Shown piece after piece: positions 1 to 10,121 of a stretch of 64,000 nucleotides of DNA. Each line of letters starts with the position of its first letter. Positions within the stretch are counted from its first letter, which is position 1. The notes under the pieces were generated by a model. It did no database searches. It was not told the origin of the DNA and saw only the letters and a list, made by a program, of their open reading frames with translations. Origin of the DNA: Leptolyngbyaceae cyanobacterium (GTDB lineage: Bacteria > Cyanobacteriota > Cyanobacteriia > Phormidesmidales > Phormidesmidaceae); contig CBDHHL010000049.1 of the NCBI GenBank assembly GCA_965263355.1, forward strand, positions 96,001 through 160,000. Direction: 5' to 3'. The translations under genes and the position numbers were made by a program.

Positions 1-2800
1 TCAGCAGCTGGCCCAGCGCCTTACCCAGTTAGGTCAGACCGTGTGGACCGTTGCTGTTGGTAATCAGTGGGAAATTTTGGGCGATCGCACCCTGGCCCTC
101 AATCCCGAAAATCCAGAGGACTTCGACCAGCTGATCACTCACCTACAACAGCAAGATCAGCTGCCCAACAAGATTCTCCACGGCTGGGGGCTTTCCCATA
201 TAACCCAGAGAAATCTGGACCTGGAGCAAGCCAACTACCACCAAACCCTGGGGCTACACACCCTGATTTCTCTAGCCCAGAGCCTGGGCAAACTACCCCG
301 ATTCCCAGACATTGAACTGTTTACCATCGCCAATGGTCTCTATAGCGTCACTGGCGATGAAACCATCCACCCCACCAAGGTGACTGCCCTGGCTCCAATC
401 AAGATATTGCCCATTGAATATCCTCACATCCATTGTCGCAGCATTGATGTGATTCCCTCAGGCTTAGGGGTGACCGATAAGCTAGTTACCCAGGTGCTGG
501 CGGAATGTTGCCATCCTAGCGATGCCCTGGAAGTGGCCTACCGGGGGAGCTGCCGCTGGACCCCCACCTATATTCCCAGTGCTATTCCCAGTACAGCTAA
601 CGATGTCCCCGCAATGGCTCGCTTGCAGCCCCAGGGGGTATATCTAGTGACCGGTGGTTTAGGTGGCATTGGTTTGACTCTGGCCCAGTACCTGGCCCAG
701 TCGGTGCAGGCGCGGCTGGTACTGGTGAAGCGTTCCCCCTTTATTCCCAAGGACCAGTGGGCCGCCTGGCTCGATAGCCATGACACCGAGGATGCTACAG
801 CCGAGACTATTCGACGTCTCCAGGCATTGGAAACCGCTGGCGGAGCGGTTGAAGTGATGGCTGCCGATGTGACCGACCAGTCGCAAATGCAGCAGGTGGT
901 AGATGCCACCCTTGAGACCTACGGTGCCATTAATGGTGTGCTGCACTGTGCGGGTTTGGCGGACTTTGGTGGGATTGTACAAGGCCGGACGCGGGCGGAT
1001 AGCGATCTCATCCTCGCTGCCAAACTCCAGGGCACCCTCGTACTACAACAGGTGCTGGCCCAGCAGCCTCTGGACTTCTTTGTCCTTAGCTCCTCCCTCA
1101 GCGCCACCCTTTACAAAACCTTATTTGGCCAGGTAGCCTACTGCGCTGCTAACGACTTCCTGGATGCCTTTGCCCATCACCACACTGCCACTACTGGCAC
1201 CTTTACCTTAGCCATCGACTGGACCGAATGGCTGGAAGTAGGGATGGCAGTCAATAGTCAGGCCCAACAGGCTGATGACAATTCCATGGCGGCCCAGCTG
1301 GCCCTCGACGATGTTCTGCTAGGCATTACCCCCAGCGAAGGACAGCAGGCATTTCACCATTTGTTGTATCAGCCAGCTCCCCGCATCGTGGTCTCCACCC
1401 AGGACCTCACTGCCCTACTGCGACAGCAGGCTGCCTTTAACCCCCACGAGTTTCTCCAACAGTTCATGATGCAGGAACCCGACCCAGATGCGGTCAAATA
1501 TCCTCGCCCCGATTTGGGGGTGGACTATGTGGCTCCCCAGACACCCTTACAGCAATTTGTTGCTGAACTGTGGCAAACTTTCCTAGGACTAGAACCCGTC
1601 GGTTTGGACGACAACTTTTTTGACCTGGGTGGAGATTCTCTTAGCAGCCTTGGTTTGACTACCCAAATCGAGGCCAAGCTAGACATTGAGCTAGGCAGCA
1701 ATGTGTTGTTAACCAATGCCACCTTGACAGAATTTGTCAGCTATCTGGAAAGCAACTATGACGCATCCCTTGCCCCATTTCTGACCAAGACCAGCACTCA
1801 CCAAACCAGCACAACCCAGACTAACAAAACAAAATCAGGTCAGCCTCCAGAAGTCAGAGAGTCTGTACAGGCACCCTCGTCTCCCTCCATTGGTGCTGCA
1901 GTAGTGCCCCAGGGCAAAATAGACCCTTTAGTGCCTGTTTCCCAAAAAGCAACCATTACCGCCGCTACTCTGGTCAGGATGCAACGGGGTAGCTCGGATC
2001 AGCCCCCTTTGTTCTTTGCCCACCCCATTGGTGGTGGGGTCGCCTGTTATACCACTTTGGGGCGTCATCTCAATTCAGACCGACCTTTTTACGGACTGAG
2101 AGCCGTGGGTATGGACGATGGCCAAACACCCTACACCGATATCCGCACCATGGCGGCCAGTTACCTGGAAGCCATCAGAACTATTCAACCTCACGGCCCC
2201 TACCACCTGGGGGGATGGTCCATGGGAGGTGTGATTGCCTATGAAATGGCCCAGCAACTGGGACACGATGTGGCCACGGTGATTATGGTAGATAGCCCCG
2301 CCCCTATCCGCAAAGACGACCCAGACCCGTTGATGACCCAGCTATTTGTGTTTGCCCGCAGTCTGGGTATTCCCCAACTTCAGGCTGGCATTCTAGTAGA
2401 GTCTGAAAACTTCCAAGCTCTAGAGCTGAGGGCTCAATTGGAAAGTATTTTGCACCAGGGCATTGGCCTTAGATTATTACCCAAGTCCTTTGAAGCCGAG
2501 AGAATTACAGCTCTATTTGAGGTGTTTAGAAGCAACAACGTTGCCCTTAAGCAGTATGTCGCTAGCCGAGACATCACCTCAGCTTCTATGCTCTATGTGC
2601 GGGCTGATGATAGCCGCACCGCGATTACCAGCGACCACGATGAACAGGGCTGGCATCAGCTAGCTGGCGATGTTGTCAATTTTACCTATGCTCCTGGTGA
2701 CCACTACAGTATGGTGCTCAAACCCCATGCTACAGCGCTCGCCCAACAGATTGAACAACATTTGCTCAATCTGCGGAGGTTGCCCCTGGCCCAGTGTTAA
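1..2800 (+). CDS. C-terminal part of a type I PKS (KR-ACP-TE); 5' end lies outside the window
   Basis: KR motifs TGGLGGIG and GQVAYCAAN; carrier motif FFDLGGDSL; thioesterase motifs HPIGG, GWSMG and GDHYSM; frame is open from the window edge. Confidence 0.93.
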   Translation, partial: QQLAQRLTQLGQTVWTVAVGNQWEILGDRTLALNPENPEDFDQLITHLQQQDQLPNKILHGWGLSHITQRNLDLEQANYHQTLGLHTLISLAQSLGKLPRFPDIELFTIANGLYSVTGDETIHPTKVTALAPIKILPIEYPHIHCRSIDVIPSGLGVTDKLVTQVLAECCHPSDALEVAYRGSCRWTPTYIPSAIPSTANDVPAMARLQPQGVYLVTGGLGGIGLTLAQYLAQSVQARLVLVKRSPFIPKDQWAAWLDSHDTEDATAETIRRLQALETAGGAVEVMAADVTDQSQMQQVVDATLETYGAINGVLHCAGLADFGGIVQGRTRADSDLILAAKLQGTLVLQQVLAQQPLDFFVLSSSLSATLYKTLFGQVAYCAANDFLDAFAHHHTATTGTFTLAIDWTEWLEVGMAVNSQAQQADDNSMAAQLALDDVLLGITPSEGQQAFHHLLYQPAPRIVVSTQDLTALLRQQAAFNPHEFLQQFMMQEPDPDAVKYPRPDLGVDYVAPQTPLQQFVAELWQTFLGLEPVGLDDNFFDLGGDSLSSLGLTTQIEAKLDIELGSNVLLTNATLTEFVSYLESNYDASLAPFLTKTSTHQTSTTQTNKTKSGQPPEVRESVQAPSSPSIGAAVVPQGKIDPLVPVSQKATITAATLVRMQRGSSDQPPLFFAHPIGGGVACYTTLGRHLNSDRPFYGLRAVGMDDGQTPYTDIRTMAASYLEAIRTIQPHGPYHLGGWSMGGVIAYEMAQQLGHDVATVIMVDSPAPIRKDDPDPLMTQLFVFARSLGIPQLQAGILVESENFQALELRAQLESILHQGIGLRLLPKSFEAERITALFEVFRSNNVALKQYVASRDITSASMLYVRADDSRTAITSDHDEQGWHQLAGDVVNFTYAPGDHYSMVLKPHATALAQQIEQHLLNLRRLPLAQC

Positions 2801-2818
2801 TTTCAAGGAGATACTTTT

Positions 2819-3073
2819 ATGACTACCACCCCCAGACCAGACTACCTAACTACCAATACCGAACTCGTTTTAGGGTTTGTTCCTGGCTTGGCGAGCAGCA
2901 GCATGTTATTAAACCCAACCGGTGGATTTACCGAACTAATTTTTAACTTGACGGTGCCTAGGATCCTCGAAGTTTATAGCTTTACCCTGGCTATGGCCAT
3001 TGTTTCTGGGTCGGCCTGCTGTATTTCGAGTACAGCAGGCCGACCCAGCAGAAGTCTTTTAATCAACAGATAA
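2819..3073 (+). CDS. Small hypothetical protein (84 aa), uncertain
   Basis: AAGGAG ribosome-binding site just upstream of the ATG; lies between co-oriented genes; 3' part overlaps a strong hairpin; no recognisable motif. Confidence 0.35.
   Translation: MTTTPRPDYLTTNTELVLGFVPGLASSSMLLNPTGGFTELIFNLTVPRILEVYSFTLAMAIVSGSACCISSTAGRPSRSLLINR
3006..3060 (+). terminator. 18-bp perfect inverted repeat hairpin, possible terminator, attenuator or mRNA stabiliser upstream of the MFS gene
   Basis: CTGGGTCGGCCTGCTGTA (3006-3023), 7-nt spacer TTTCGAG, TACAGCAGGCCGACCCAG (3031-3048); short T run at 3057-3060. Confidence 0.5.
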
Positions 3074-3082
3074 ACAAACAGG

Positions 3083-4396
3083 ATGGCTACTTTTCTTATT
3101 GTATGGATTGGCCAATTATTATCTCTGATTGGCTCAGAGTTAACCGGATTTACGTTGGGGGTGTGGGTCTATCAACAAAATAATTCTGCCACCCAGTTTG
3201 CCCTGATTTCCATTTGTACCCTATTACCCTCGATTCTGCTATCGCCCATGGCCGGGGTACTGATTGACCGATGGGACCGTCGGTTAGTAATGCTGATGAG
3301 CGACATTGGTGCTGGTCTGACCACCCTCACCATAGCGATCTTATTAGCCACGAATCAGCTCAGTATTGTCCATATTTACGCCCTGATGGCCATCGCTTCC
3401 GTGTTTAATGGCTTTCAGCATCCTGCCTTTGTCGCCGCGAGTAGTTTGTTGTTGCCTAAACATCAGCTAGCCAGGGGCAGCGGTCTAATCTCCATGAGTG
3501 AAGCAATTTCACGCCTGGTAGCTCCAGTCTTGGGGGGAGTCCTACTCTTTCTGATTGACTTAAAGGGTGTGATGATGGTGGACTTCACCACATTTTTGTT
3601 TGCTGTAGTTACATTACTGGTAGTGCGATTCCCTGCAGTTCCCACCAGTAATGTAACTGATCAAGATAAAGACTCTTTTTGGGTTGAAGCGACAACGGCC
3701 TGGCGCTTTTTGAGACAACATCCTGGCCTGATGGCATTACTGTCGTTCTTCTGCGTCAAAAATGTGTTTCAAGGTACCATTTTAGTGCTAATCACTCCCC
3801 TGGCACTCTCCTTTAGCACGCCAAAAGTCTTAGGAATGGTGCTGTCTATGGGCGGTGTAGGGATGATTCTTGGTAGCAGCCTTTTGACCCTGACTAACGA
3901 CCGGCAACGCCGCACCCACTTAATTTTTACGTTTACTACTCTATTAGGCATGTCTGTATTTGTTGCTGGGTTTAGGGTATCCGTTCCCCTATTTACCGTT
4001 GCTACTTTCCTATATTCCGTGGGGCTGCCCCTGATTCATGGGTCTGGACAAGTTATCTTCCAGTTAAAAACGCCGCCCCAGATCCAGGGGCGGGTATTTA
4101 GCTTTAACAATGCGGTGGCAGGGCTGGCAATTCCCCTGGGTTATCTCCTGGGAGGTCCCCTATCGGACTATGTGTTTGAACCACTGATGGTCTCTGATGG
4201 TTTGTTTGCAAGCACTGTAGGGGCTATCATCGGTGTTGGACCGGGTCGGGGCATTGGCTTAATGTTCATGTTACTGGGCTGTCTCCATGTGCTGTTGGCC
4301 TTAATTGCCAGTCGCTATATACCCCTGGTTAAGGTGGAAACACTACTGCCCGACCAGCTTGAAAATATAATTCCTCAGGAAATTGTTCAGATGTAA
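3083..4396 (+). CDS. MFS transporter (DHA3/macrolide-efflux type), likely exporter for the upstream cluster
   Basis: About 12 hydrophobic segments; GQLLSLIGS start; motif A GVLIDRWDRR; QGRVFS. Confidence 0.9.
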   Translation: MATFLIVWIGQLLSLIGSELTGFTLGVWVYQQNNSATQFALISICTLLPSILLSPMAGVLIDRWDRRLVMLMSDIGAGLTTLTIAILLATNQLSIVHIYALMAIASVFNGFQHPAFVAASSLLLPKHQLARGSGLISMSEAISRLVAPVLGGVLLFLIDLKGVMMVDFTTFLFAVVTLLVVRFPAVPTSNVTDQDKDSFWVEATTAWRFLRQHPGLMALLSFFCVKNVFQGTILVLITPLALSFSTPKVLGMVLSMGGVGMILGSSLLTLTNDRQRRTHLIFTFTTLLGMSVFVAGFRVSVPLFTVATFLYSVGLPLIHGSGQVIFQLKTPPQIQGRVFSFNNAVAGLAIPLGYLLGGPLSDYVFEPLMVSDGLFASTVGAIIGVGPGRGIGLMFMLLGCLHVLLALIASRYIPLVKVETLLPDQLENIIPQEIVQM

Positions 4397-5720
4397 AGGG
4401 ATTATCCCTAAACACTTTATTGTTCAACTGATTCCATCGGGTGAATTTGAAGACATCCCCAAGAAAAATAGCGGAGTCGAAGTCCAGCTAAGTCGGAAGT
4501 TAACTTAAGCGATATAGCCTCTTTTAACTGGGAAAGTTACGATCACAGCTAATCCCAGAACAAAATCAGAGAAAAAAATAGCATAAACAAACTCTAAATG
4601 ACAGAATATTACTAACATGGAGTTTTTGTACGGCAAGGCTATCCTTAATTGAATGAGACTTTTTAGCTGAGCAAACCCTACCTTAACCATACAAGGCAAT
4701 ACAAGATATCTGTGCCAGGGTTATAAGTATTACCAGAGAACCATGCAGGGACTATGTATGGAGTAATGATTCGATTAATTATGAATTCGTTCGTTCTAAT
4801 CAGAAAGTTTTCTCTTGAGAAATAAAAAGAGGCTGTTTCATACGGATCATTGCCAACAAAATGTTACTGACGAACCTATGAGCTTTAGATATACTTAGTA
4901 GCGTGATGGATATACCTGGAGGTTAGATAGATTTTTTAGAGATTGTTAACACTGTTGTTAATATGTTAATTAATCTCCATGATCTATGTGATCTATATTT
5001 AGCTAAGGTAGCCAACACAAGATTTTGGGGGTTAGCGTATTATCTGAAGCTGTTGTTCCTATGTCTAAAGTGTTTCAACGGTTTTAGTTATTACCTGAGA
5101 TAATTTTTTGAGTTGTGCATAGGATCTCGATAAATCAGTATTGATAAAAATCTCCACACATGGCTGATTGTTTCTGGAGAATCCTTTAGTTCGAAGCACC
5201 CTAGGTCTCAAGCTTTCTTGAGTGAGGTACTGATGTCTAGTAGAGTTATATCTTCTGGCCACAATATTTTGTAGAGTTTTTTATTTCTACAGAAGACTGT
5301 CTCCTCTGTTTAAATGCCTTGATTTGGGTTTATGCTTTCTGACTTTTCCTGGCACATAGTTAAAAAGAGAACTAAAAAGAGATTAGCCTTAACAATCTTT
5401 TTGCAAGTTCTACTATAGATAACTGTGATTATCATTACTGTTAAGGTAGATATGTAAAGTTACCTGCAAACGGCTTCTTTTCAGATGTCTAAGTTTAAGG
5501 TTAAGTGAGCATCCACAGAAATGTTGTGCGAGCTATTTTGCATGGCCTCTTATCTATGTGATAACTCAGAAAAATAACTCAGAAAAATCGCATCTTGATA
5601 GCCAGCAATTAGATACCTCGTTCGCTAATTGCTTGGGTAAAACTGAATATTCATGGCTGACAGCAGCTGTTGTTGCGGCTGCGGTTGTTTGTTGTAGTAT
5701 AATTTATCGGGCAGAAATCA

Positions 5721-8552
5721 ATGGGTTATTACGGCAAAATTGGCGATAAAGTTTTCTTTGATGCTAATAATAATGGTCTCCAAGATTATGGTGAAGCTGG
5801 CGTTGAAGGGGTAACAGTTACTCTCCTGGGTGCTGGTTCTGACTGGCGTTTTGGCACCAGCGATGACATCACTCTGACTCAAGTAACTAACTCTAACGGT
5901 AATTACAAATTCTCTGGTCTGCGTTCAGGCAAGTATAAGGCTTTCTTCACTGACATCCCCGCTGGTTTTCAATTCACTACTCCTGACGTAGGTAAATACA
6001 AATACAGCATTGACTCCGATGTAATCGATTTTGCTACCGGAGGCACCGATGTCATCTATCTAAAGTCATACGAGTCTAACCTCAAAATTGATGCTGGTCT
6101 CATAGCACTCCCCAACGCTAACCCGGATGCAGTTGATAATTTTTACACTGTGTCAGCTGGCAACATCATCAATATTCCGGCAGGCAATAACACCAATCCC
6201 CTGGGCAATGACATCGATGCCGATGGCGATGCATTATTTGTTCAAGCCCTCAACGGTGAAGACTTGACGATTGGTGGCGATGACTTTGATTTTGCCGATG
6301 GTAGCACTGGCGGTCAGTTTACTATCTTCCAAAATGGTCAATTTAGCTTTGATCCCCAAGGTGACTTCAATGACCTATTTATAGGCGAATTCCGCGACAC
6401 GACCGTTCAATACACCATTGCTGATGGTAAAGGCGGTACTGATACTGCAAACATTACTGTCCGAGTCGAAGGGCAACAAGTTCGTAATAACGACCCCAAT
6501 GCCGCTGATGACATTGCCACTGCTGCGTTCAATAGCCCCGTTGTATTCAATGTGTTAGGTAATGACAGTGACCCCGATGGTGACCCCTTGAGTGTTACCT
6601 CCATCAATGGTCAGTCCGTTTCCCCTGGCGATTCCGTTAATGTTGGCGATGGTATCGTAACTCTGTTTGGCGACGGTTTCTTAGACTTTACGCCTAATGC
6701 AGGTTTTGTTGGTGATGCCACCTTCGAATATCATGCTGACGATGGCAATGGCGGTGAAGACACGGCTAATGTGACGGTGACGGTTAACGGTCCGGTTAAC
6801 AATGATCCCAATGCCAATGATGACAGTGCTACCACGCCTCTCGACACGCCGGTTCTGCTCAATGTGTTGGGTAATGACAGTGACCCCGATGGTGACCCCT
6901 TGAGTGTTACCTCCATCAATGGTCAGTCCGTTGCCCCTGGCGACACGGTTGATGTTGGCGACGGTACTGTATCCGTGCTTAACAACGGCTCATTGTTCTT
7001 TACGCCGGATGCTGGCTTCACAGGCGATGCCACCTTCGAATACCATGCCGATGATGGCAATGGCGGTGAAGATCTGGCTAACGTGACGGTCACGGTTAAC
7101 GGTCCGGTTAACAATGATCCCAATGCCAATGATGACAGTGCTACCACGCCTCTCGACACGCCGGTTCTGCTCAATGTGTTGGGTAATGACAGTGACCCCG
7201 ATGGTGACCCCTTGAGTGTTACCTCCATCAATGGTCAGTCCGTTGCCCCTGGCGACACGGTTGATGTTGGCGACGGTACTGTATCCGTGCTTAACAACGG
7301 CTCATTGTTCTTTACGCCGGATGCTGGTTTCACAGGCGATGCCACCTTCGAATACCATGCCGATGATGGCAATGGCGGTGAAGATCTGGCTAACGTTACA
7401 GTGACGGTTAACGGTCCGGTTAACAACGCAAGTGTTGGCGATACGGTTTTCTTGGATGCTAATGGCAATGGTATTCAGGATGCTGGTGAATCTGGTGTTC
7501 AAGGGGTACAGGTTACCCTGACTGGTGCTGGCAATGATGGCGTAATTGGCACCGCTGATGACACCACGGCTACCGAGTTCACCAATGGAACTGGTAACTA
7601 CCAATTTGGCAACCTTGCTGCTGGCGACTACAAAGTTACCTTCTCTGGCCTACCGGCTGGTTTTGAGTTCACAACACCTAATGTGGGCAGTGACAGCCTC
7701 GACTCCGATGCTGACCCCTTCACAGGTAAGACTGACGTCTTTACCCTGGCAGCGGGTGAGAGTAATCAGACTATCGATGCTGGTTTGGTGCAAACAGCAC
7801 CGCCCGCTGGCGATAAAGACCGTGACTGCGTCTTCTTGGATGCCAATGGCAATGGTGTTCTTGATGCCGGTGAGTCTGGTGTCGCAGGTGTAACCGTTAC
7901 CCTAAACGGTGCGGGTGCTGACAATCTCTTTGACACTGCTGATGATATCACGGCCACGGATGTCACTGATGCTAATGGCTATTATCAGTTCGCTAACATC
8001 ACGGCTGGTGACTATCAGGTGACCTTCTCTAACTTGCCCTCTGGTTTTGAATTTACCACGGCTAATGTTGGTGATGACAGATTCGATTCTGATGCTGACC
8101 CAGCTACTGGCAAGACTCAAATTGTTGGCCTCGCTGACGGTGCTACTATTCTGAGTCTAGATGCGGGTCTAGTGGCGGTTTCTGGTGGTGTCAATATCAT
8201 TCCAGGTACATCTGGCAACGATGACCTCATCGGTACATCCGGTGCTGATCGTTTAGTTGGCTTCGGTGGCATTGATAGACTGACGGGTAACGACGGTCCT
8301 GATATCTTTGTGCTTGGTGATGAGACAGGTGGCTTCTACGATAAGCACGGTTATCAAGACTTCGCTGACATTATTGACTTCGCAGCGGGGCAAGATACTA
8401 TCCAACTGAACGGTTCTATGGGTGATTACGCCTTTAAGGCTGTCAATGGGGGTACTTGGATCTTCCAGGGTGATGAGCATAGCGGAGAGTTGGTGGCTGA
8501 TGTCTTCAATGCGTCCGTCAGCGATGTAAAGGCGAGTGTTCAATTTGTCTAA
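5721..8552 (+). CDS. Secreted repetitive adhesin-like protein: SdrD B-like domains, cadherin-like/Ig (tandem-95) repeats and an RTX-like C-terminus
   Basis: Three GDxVFxDANxNGxQDxGExGVxGVxVTL-type domains; VLGNDSDPDGDPL repeats; Gly/Asp-rich C-terminus. Confidence 0.85.
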   Translation: MGYYGKIGDKVFFDANNNGLQDYGEAGVEGVTVTLLGAGSDWRFGTSDDITLTQVTNSNGNYKFSGLRSGKYKAFFTDIPAGFQFTTPDVGKYKYSIDSDVIDFATGGTDVIYLKSYESNLKIDAGLIALPNANPDAVDNFYTVSAGNIINIPAGNNTNPLGNDIDADGDALFVQALNGEDLTIGGDDFDFADGSTGGQFTIFQNGQFSFDPQGDFNDLFIGEFRDTTVQYTIADGKGGTDTANITVRVEGQQVRNNDPNAADDIATAAFNSPVVFNVLGNDSDPDGDPLSVTSINGQSVSPGDSVNVGDGIVTLFGDGFLDFTPNAGFVGDATFEYHADDGNGGEDTANVTVTVNGPVNNDPNANDDSATTPLDTPVLLNVLGNDSDPDGDPLSVTSINGQSVAPGDTVDVGDGTVSVLNNGSLFFTPDAGFTGDATFEYHADDGNGGEDLANVTVTVNGPVNNDPNANDDSATTPLDTPVLLNVLGNDSDPDGDPLSVTSINGQSVAPGDTVDVGDGTVSVLNNGSLFFTPDAGFTGDATFEYHADDGNGGEDLANVTVTVNGPVNNASVGDTVFLDANGNGIQDAGESGVQGVQVTLTGAGNDGVIGTADDTTATEFTNGTGNYQFGNLAAGDYKVTFSGLPAGFEFTTPNVGSDSLDSDADPFTGKTDVFTLAAGESNQTIDAGLVQTAPPAGDKDRDCVFLDANGNGVLDAGESGVAGVTVTLNGAGADNLFDTADDITATDVTDANGYYQFANITAGDYQVTFSNLPSGFEFTTANVGDDRFDSDADPATGKTQIVGLADGATILSLDAGLVAVSGGVNIIPGTSGNDDLIGTSGADRLVGFGGIDRLTGNDGPDIFVLGDETGGFYDKHGYQDFADIIDFAAGQDTIQLNGSMGDYAFKAVNGGTWIFQGDEHSGELVADVFNASVSDVKASVQFV
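6486..7425 (+). repeat. Three tandem 312-bp (104-aa) coding repeats; copies 2 and 3 nearly identical
   Basis: NNDPNA(A/N)DD units begin at 6486, 6798 and 7110. Confidence 0.9.
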
Positions 8553-8591
8553 GACAGTTTGTCTTTGACAAAACCACTAGTCATTAGTTAA

Positions 8592-8627
8592 AAAACAGGC
8601 AATCTCTCATCAGAGATTGCCTGTTTT
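8592..8627. terminator. Bidirectional rho-independent terminator between convergent genes
   Basis: AAAACAGGCAATCTCT-catc-AGAGATTGCCTGTTTT, a 16-bp perfect stem with A/T tails. Confidence 0.85.
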
Positions 8628-8681
8628 GGTTTTTATGTCCTCATCTACCCAGCCTCACTCAGGACTGAGATTATTACCTAC

Positions 8682-10121
8682 CTATGGCGTCGGCGCCCAA
8701 ATTCCCTGGAAACCCAAGGGCACTACCTGGAGTAAGGCTAACCGACACACGGGGTCGTGATCTAAATGAGCGGCGTCAAAAATCCATAGTTCACTGCGAT
8801 CGCAATCACCATTGAAAACCACCGTCAATATCCAGCCTGGGTCTGTTGTATTGGGCCTTGGCGCATAGATTGGCAGCGAGGGCCAACAGTTCTCCTCAAA
8901 GTGGGTTTCTTTAAGAGTGCCTGTTTGATGGTCAAACTGGGCGATCGCCCCAGGCAAATCGTCACCACTGATCGAATCAGGTCGTTGCACCGATAGATAC
9001 GTATATCGCCAGGGTCTACCCACATCAGTGGGGGCAGTTGTGGGAAACTCACAGCCGCGATCAAAAAGTTGCTGCTTTTCAATTACCTTGGCTGATTGTG
9101 GATCAATCCGAATCTGCCAAAGAGTACCTGGAGCTGTTGTCTGGGTTTGGCCAGTAAGCACCTCCTGTAAAAACTGATTAATATCAGGAAAGTTTGGATA
9201 ACATACAATATTGGTGAGAATTGAGCCATCGCTATCGTCACAACTATTACCAAATCGCCATTGAAACCAGGTATCAGCCGTACTCCGACTGACCACCGAA
9301 AAGGTCTGACGATCAATCACCAAAACCTGTGTTCCTTTGTTAGGCTTCCAACTCAGCGCTTGACTAAAGCTTTTTTGCTTTGTGAGAAATGGCAATACAT
9401 TCAACGAAACCGGAGGGATGAAAAATATCAGATAGTTCTGAGTCAGGGCAAAATCATGGATCAGGGGTTGTTGCTTGAGACTGTGGTTAGCCTTTTGTAG
9501 TAACTTTCCTGTGGAACTATGACGATATAGATGTAACTGCGCCTGGGGGCCATAGCTGATGCCAAAATTAAAGATTTCTCCCGTCTCTGGATCGATTTTA
9601 GGCAGAACAGCATAGGGCGCATCTGCAGATAACCCCAATGACCTTTCTAGACCAACCGTTTTGAGTGTGTGCCGATGGAGCGCGTGGGGAGCACCAATCC
9701 CCCAAAGTGCCAGCAACCTATCTGGCAGGACTAGCAGTCCAGAATTAGCACTATTCTTGACGGGTAAACTAACCTGTTGCCACAATGAGCCCGACGGTGT
9801 TCGATCATATCCACCAAAAAGAAAGCGTCCGGCCTTTTCTTCCGCCTGGTAACCATCCGTTTGAACATAGCGATAAACACCCGTAGCCCCTGCGTCGGCA
9901 AATCGCACCCCCAACACAGCACCATCGCCGTCGAACCAGTGTCGAATACGTTCGCCAGAGCGTTCCAGCAGGCCAGCCCCATTTTGATATAAGCTTCCTC
10001 TCAATTCCAGGGGAATCTCTCCAGAAATCACATCAAGGGAAGCTGACGAAAACTCGACACCAGAATAAGCCATGAGGGCTTCCCAGGGCCGATTCTTTTG
10101 CAATTGGGTCGAAGGGATCAC
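8682..10121 (-). CDS. Carotenoid oxygenase (RPE65/CCD) family protein with a degenerate iron-binding site
   Basis: HWFDGDG, YRYVQT, PKIDPETG, IHDF, CEFP and ELWIFDA motifs; three of the four canonical His are substituted. Confidence 0.85.
   Translation of the reverse strand: MIPSTQLQKNRPWEALMAYSGVEFSSASLDVISGEIPLELRGSLYQNGAGLLERSGERIRHWFDGDGAVLGVRFADAGATGVYRYVQTDGYQAEEKAGRFLFGGYDRTPSGSLWQQVSLPVKNSANSGLLVLPDRLLALWGIGAPHALHRHTLKTVGLERSLGLSADAPYAVLPKIDPETGEIFNFGISYGPQAQLHLYRHSSTGKLLQKANHSLKQQPLIHDFALTQNYLIFFIPPVSLNVLPFLTKQKSFSQALSWKPNKGTQVLVIDRQTFSVVSRSTADTWFQWRFGNSCDDSDGSILTNIVCYPNFPDINQFLQEVLTGQTQTTAPGTLWQIRIDPQSAKVIEKQQLFDRGCEFPTTAPTDVGRPWRYTYLSVQRPDSISGDDLPGAIAQFDHQTGTLKETHFEENCWPSLPIYAPRPNTTDPGWILTVVFNGDCDRSELWIFDAAHLDHDPVCRLALLQVVPLGFQGIWAPTP

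Noticed and set aside
4397..5720. Riboswitch upstream of the adhesin gene
   Set aside because: I could not recognise a c-di-GMP or other aptamer consensus by eye; an Rfam scan is needed.
6486..7425. Long repeats (also 26569-27205 and 42324-42434) as CRISPR or other non-coding arrays
   Set aside because: They are in-frame coding duplications without unique spacers, and no cas genes are present.
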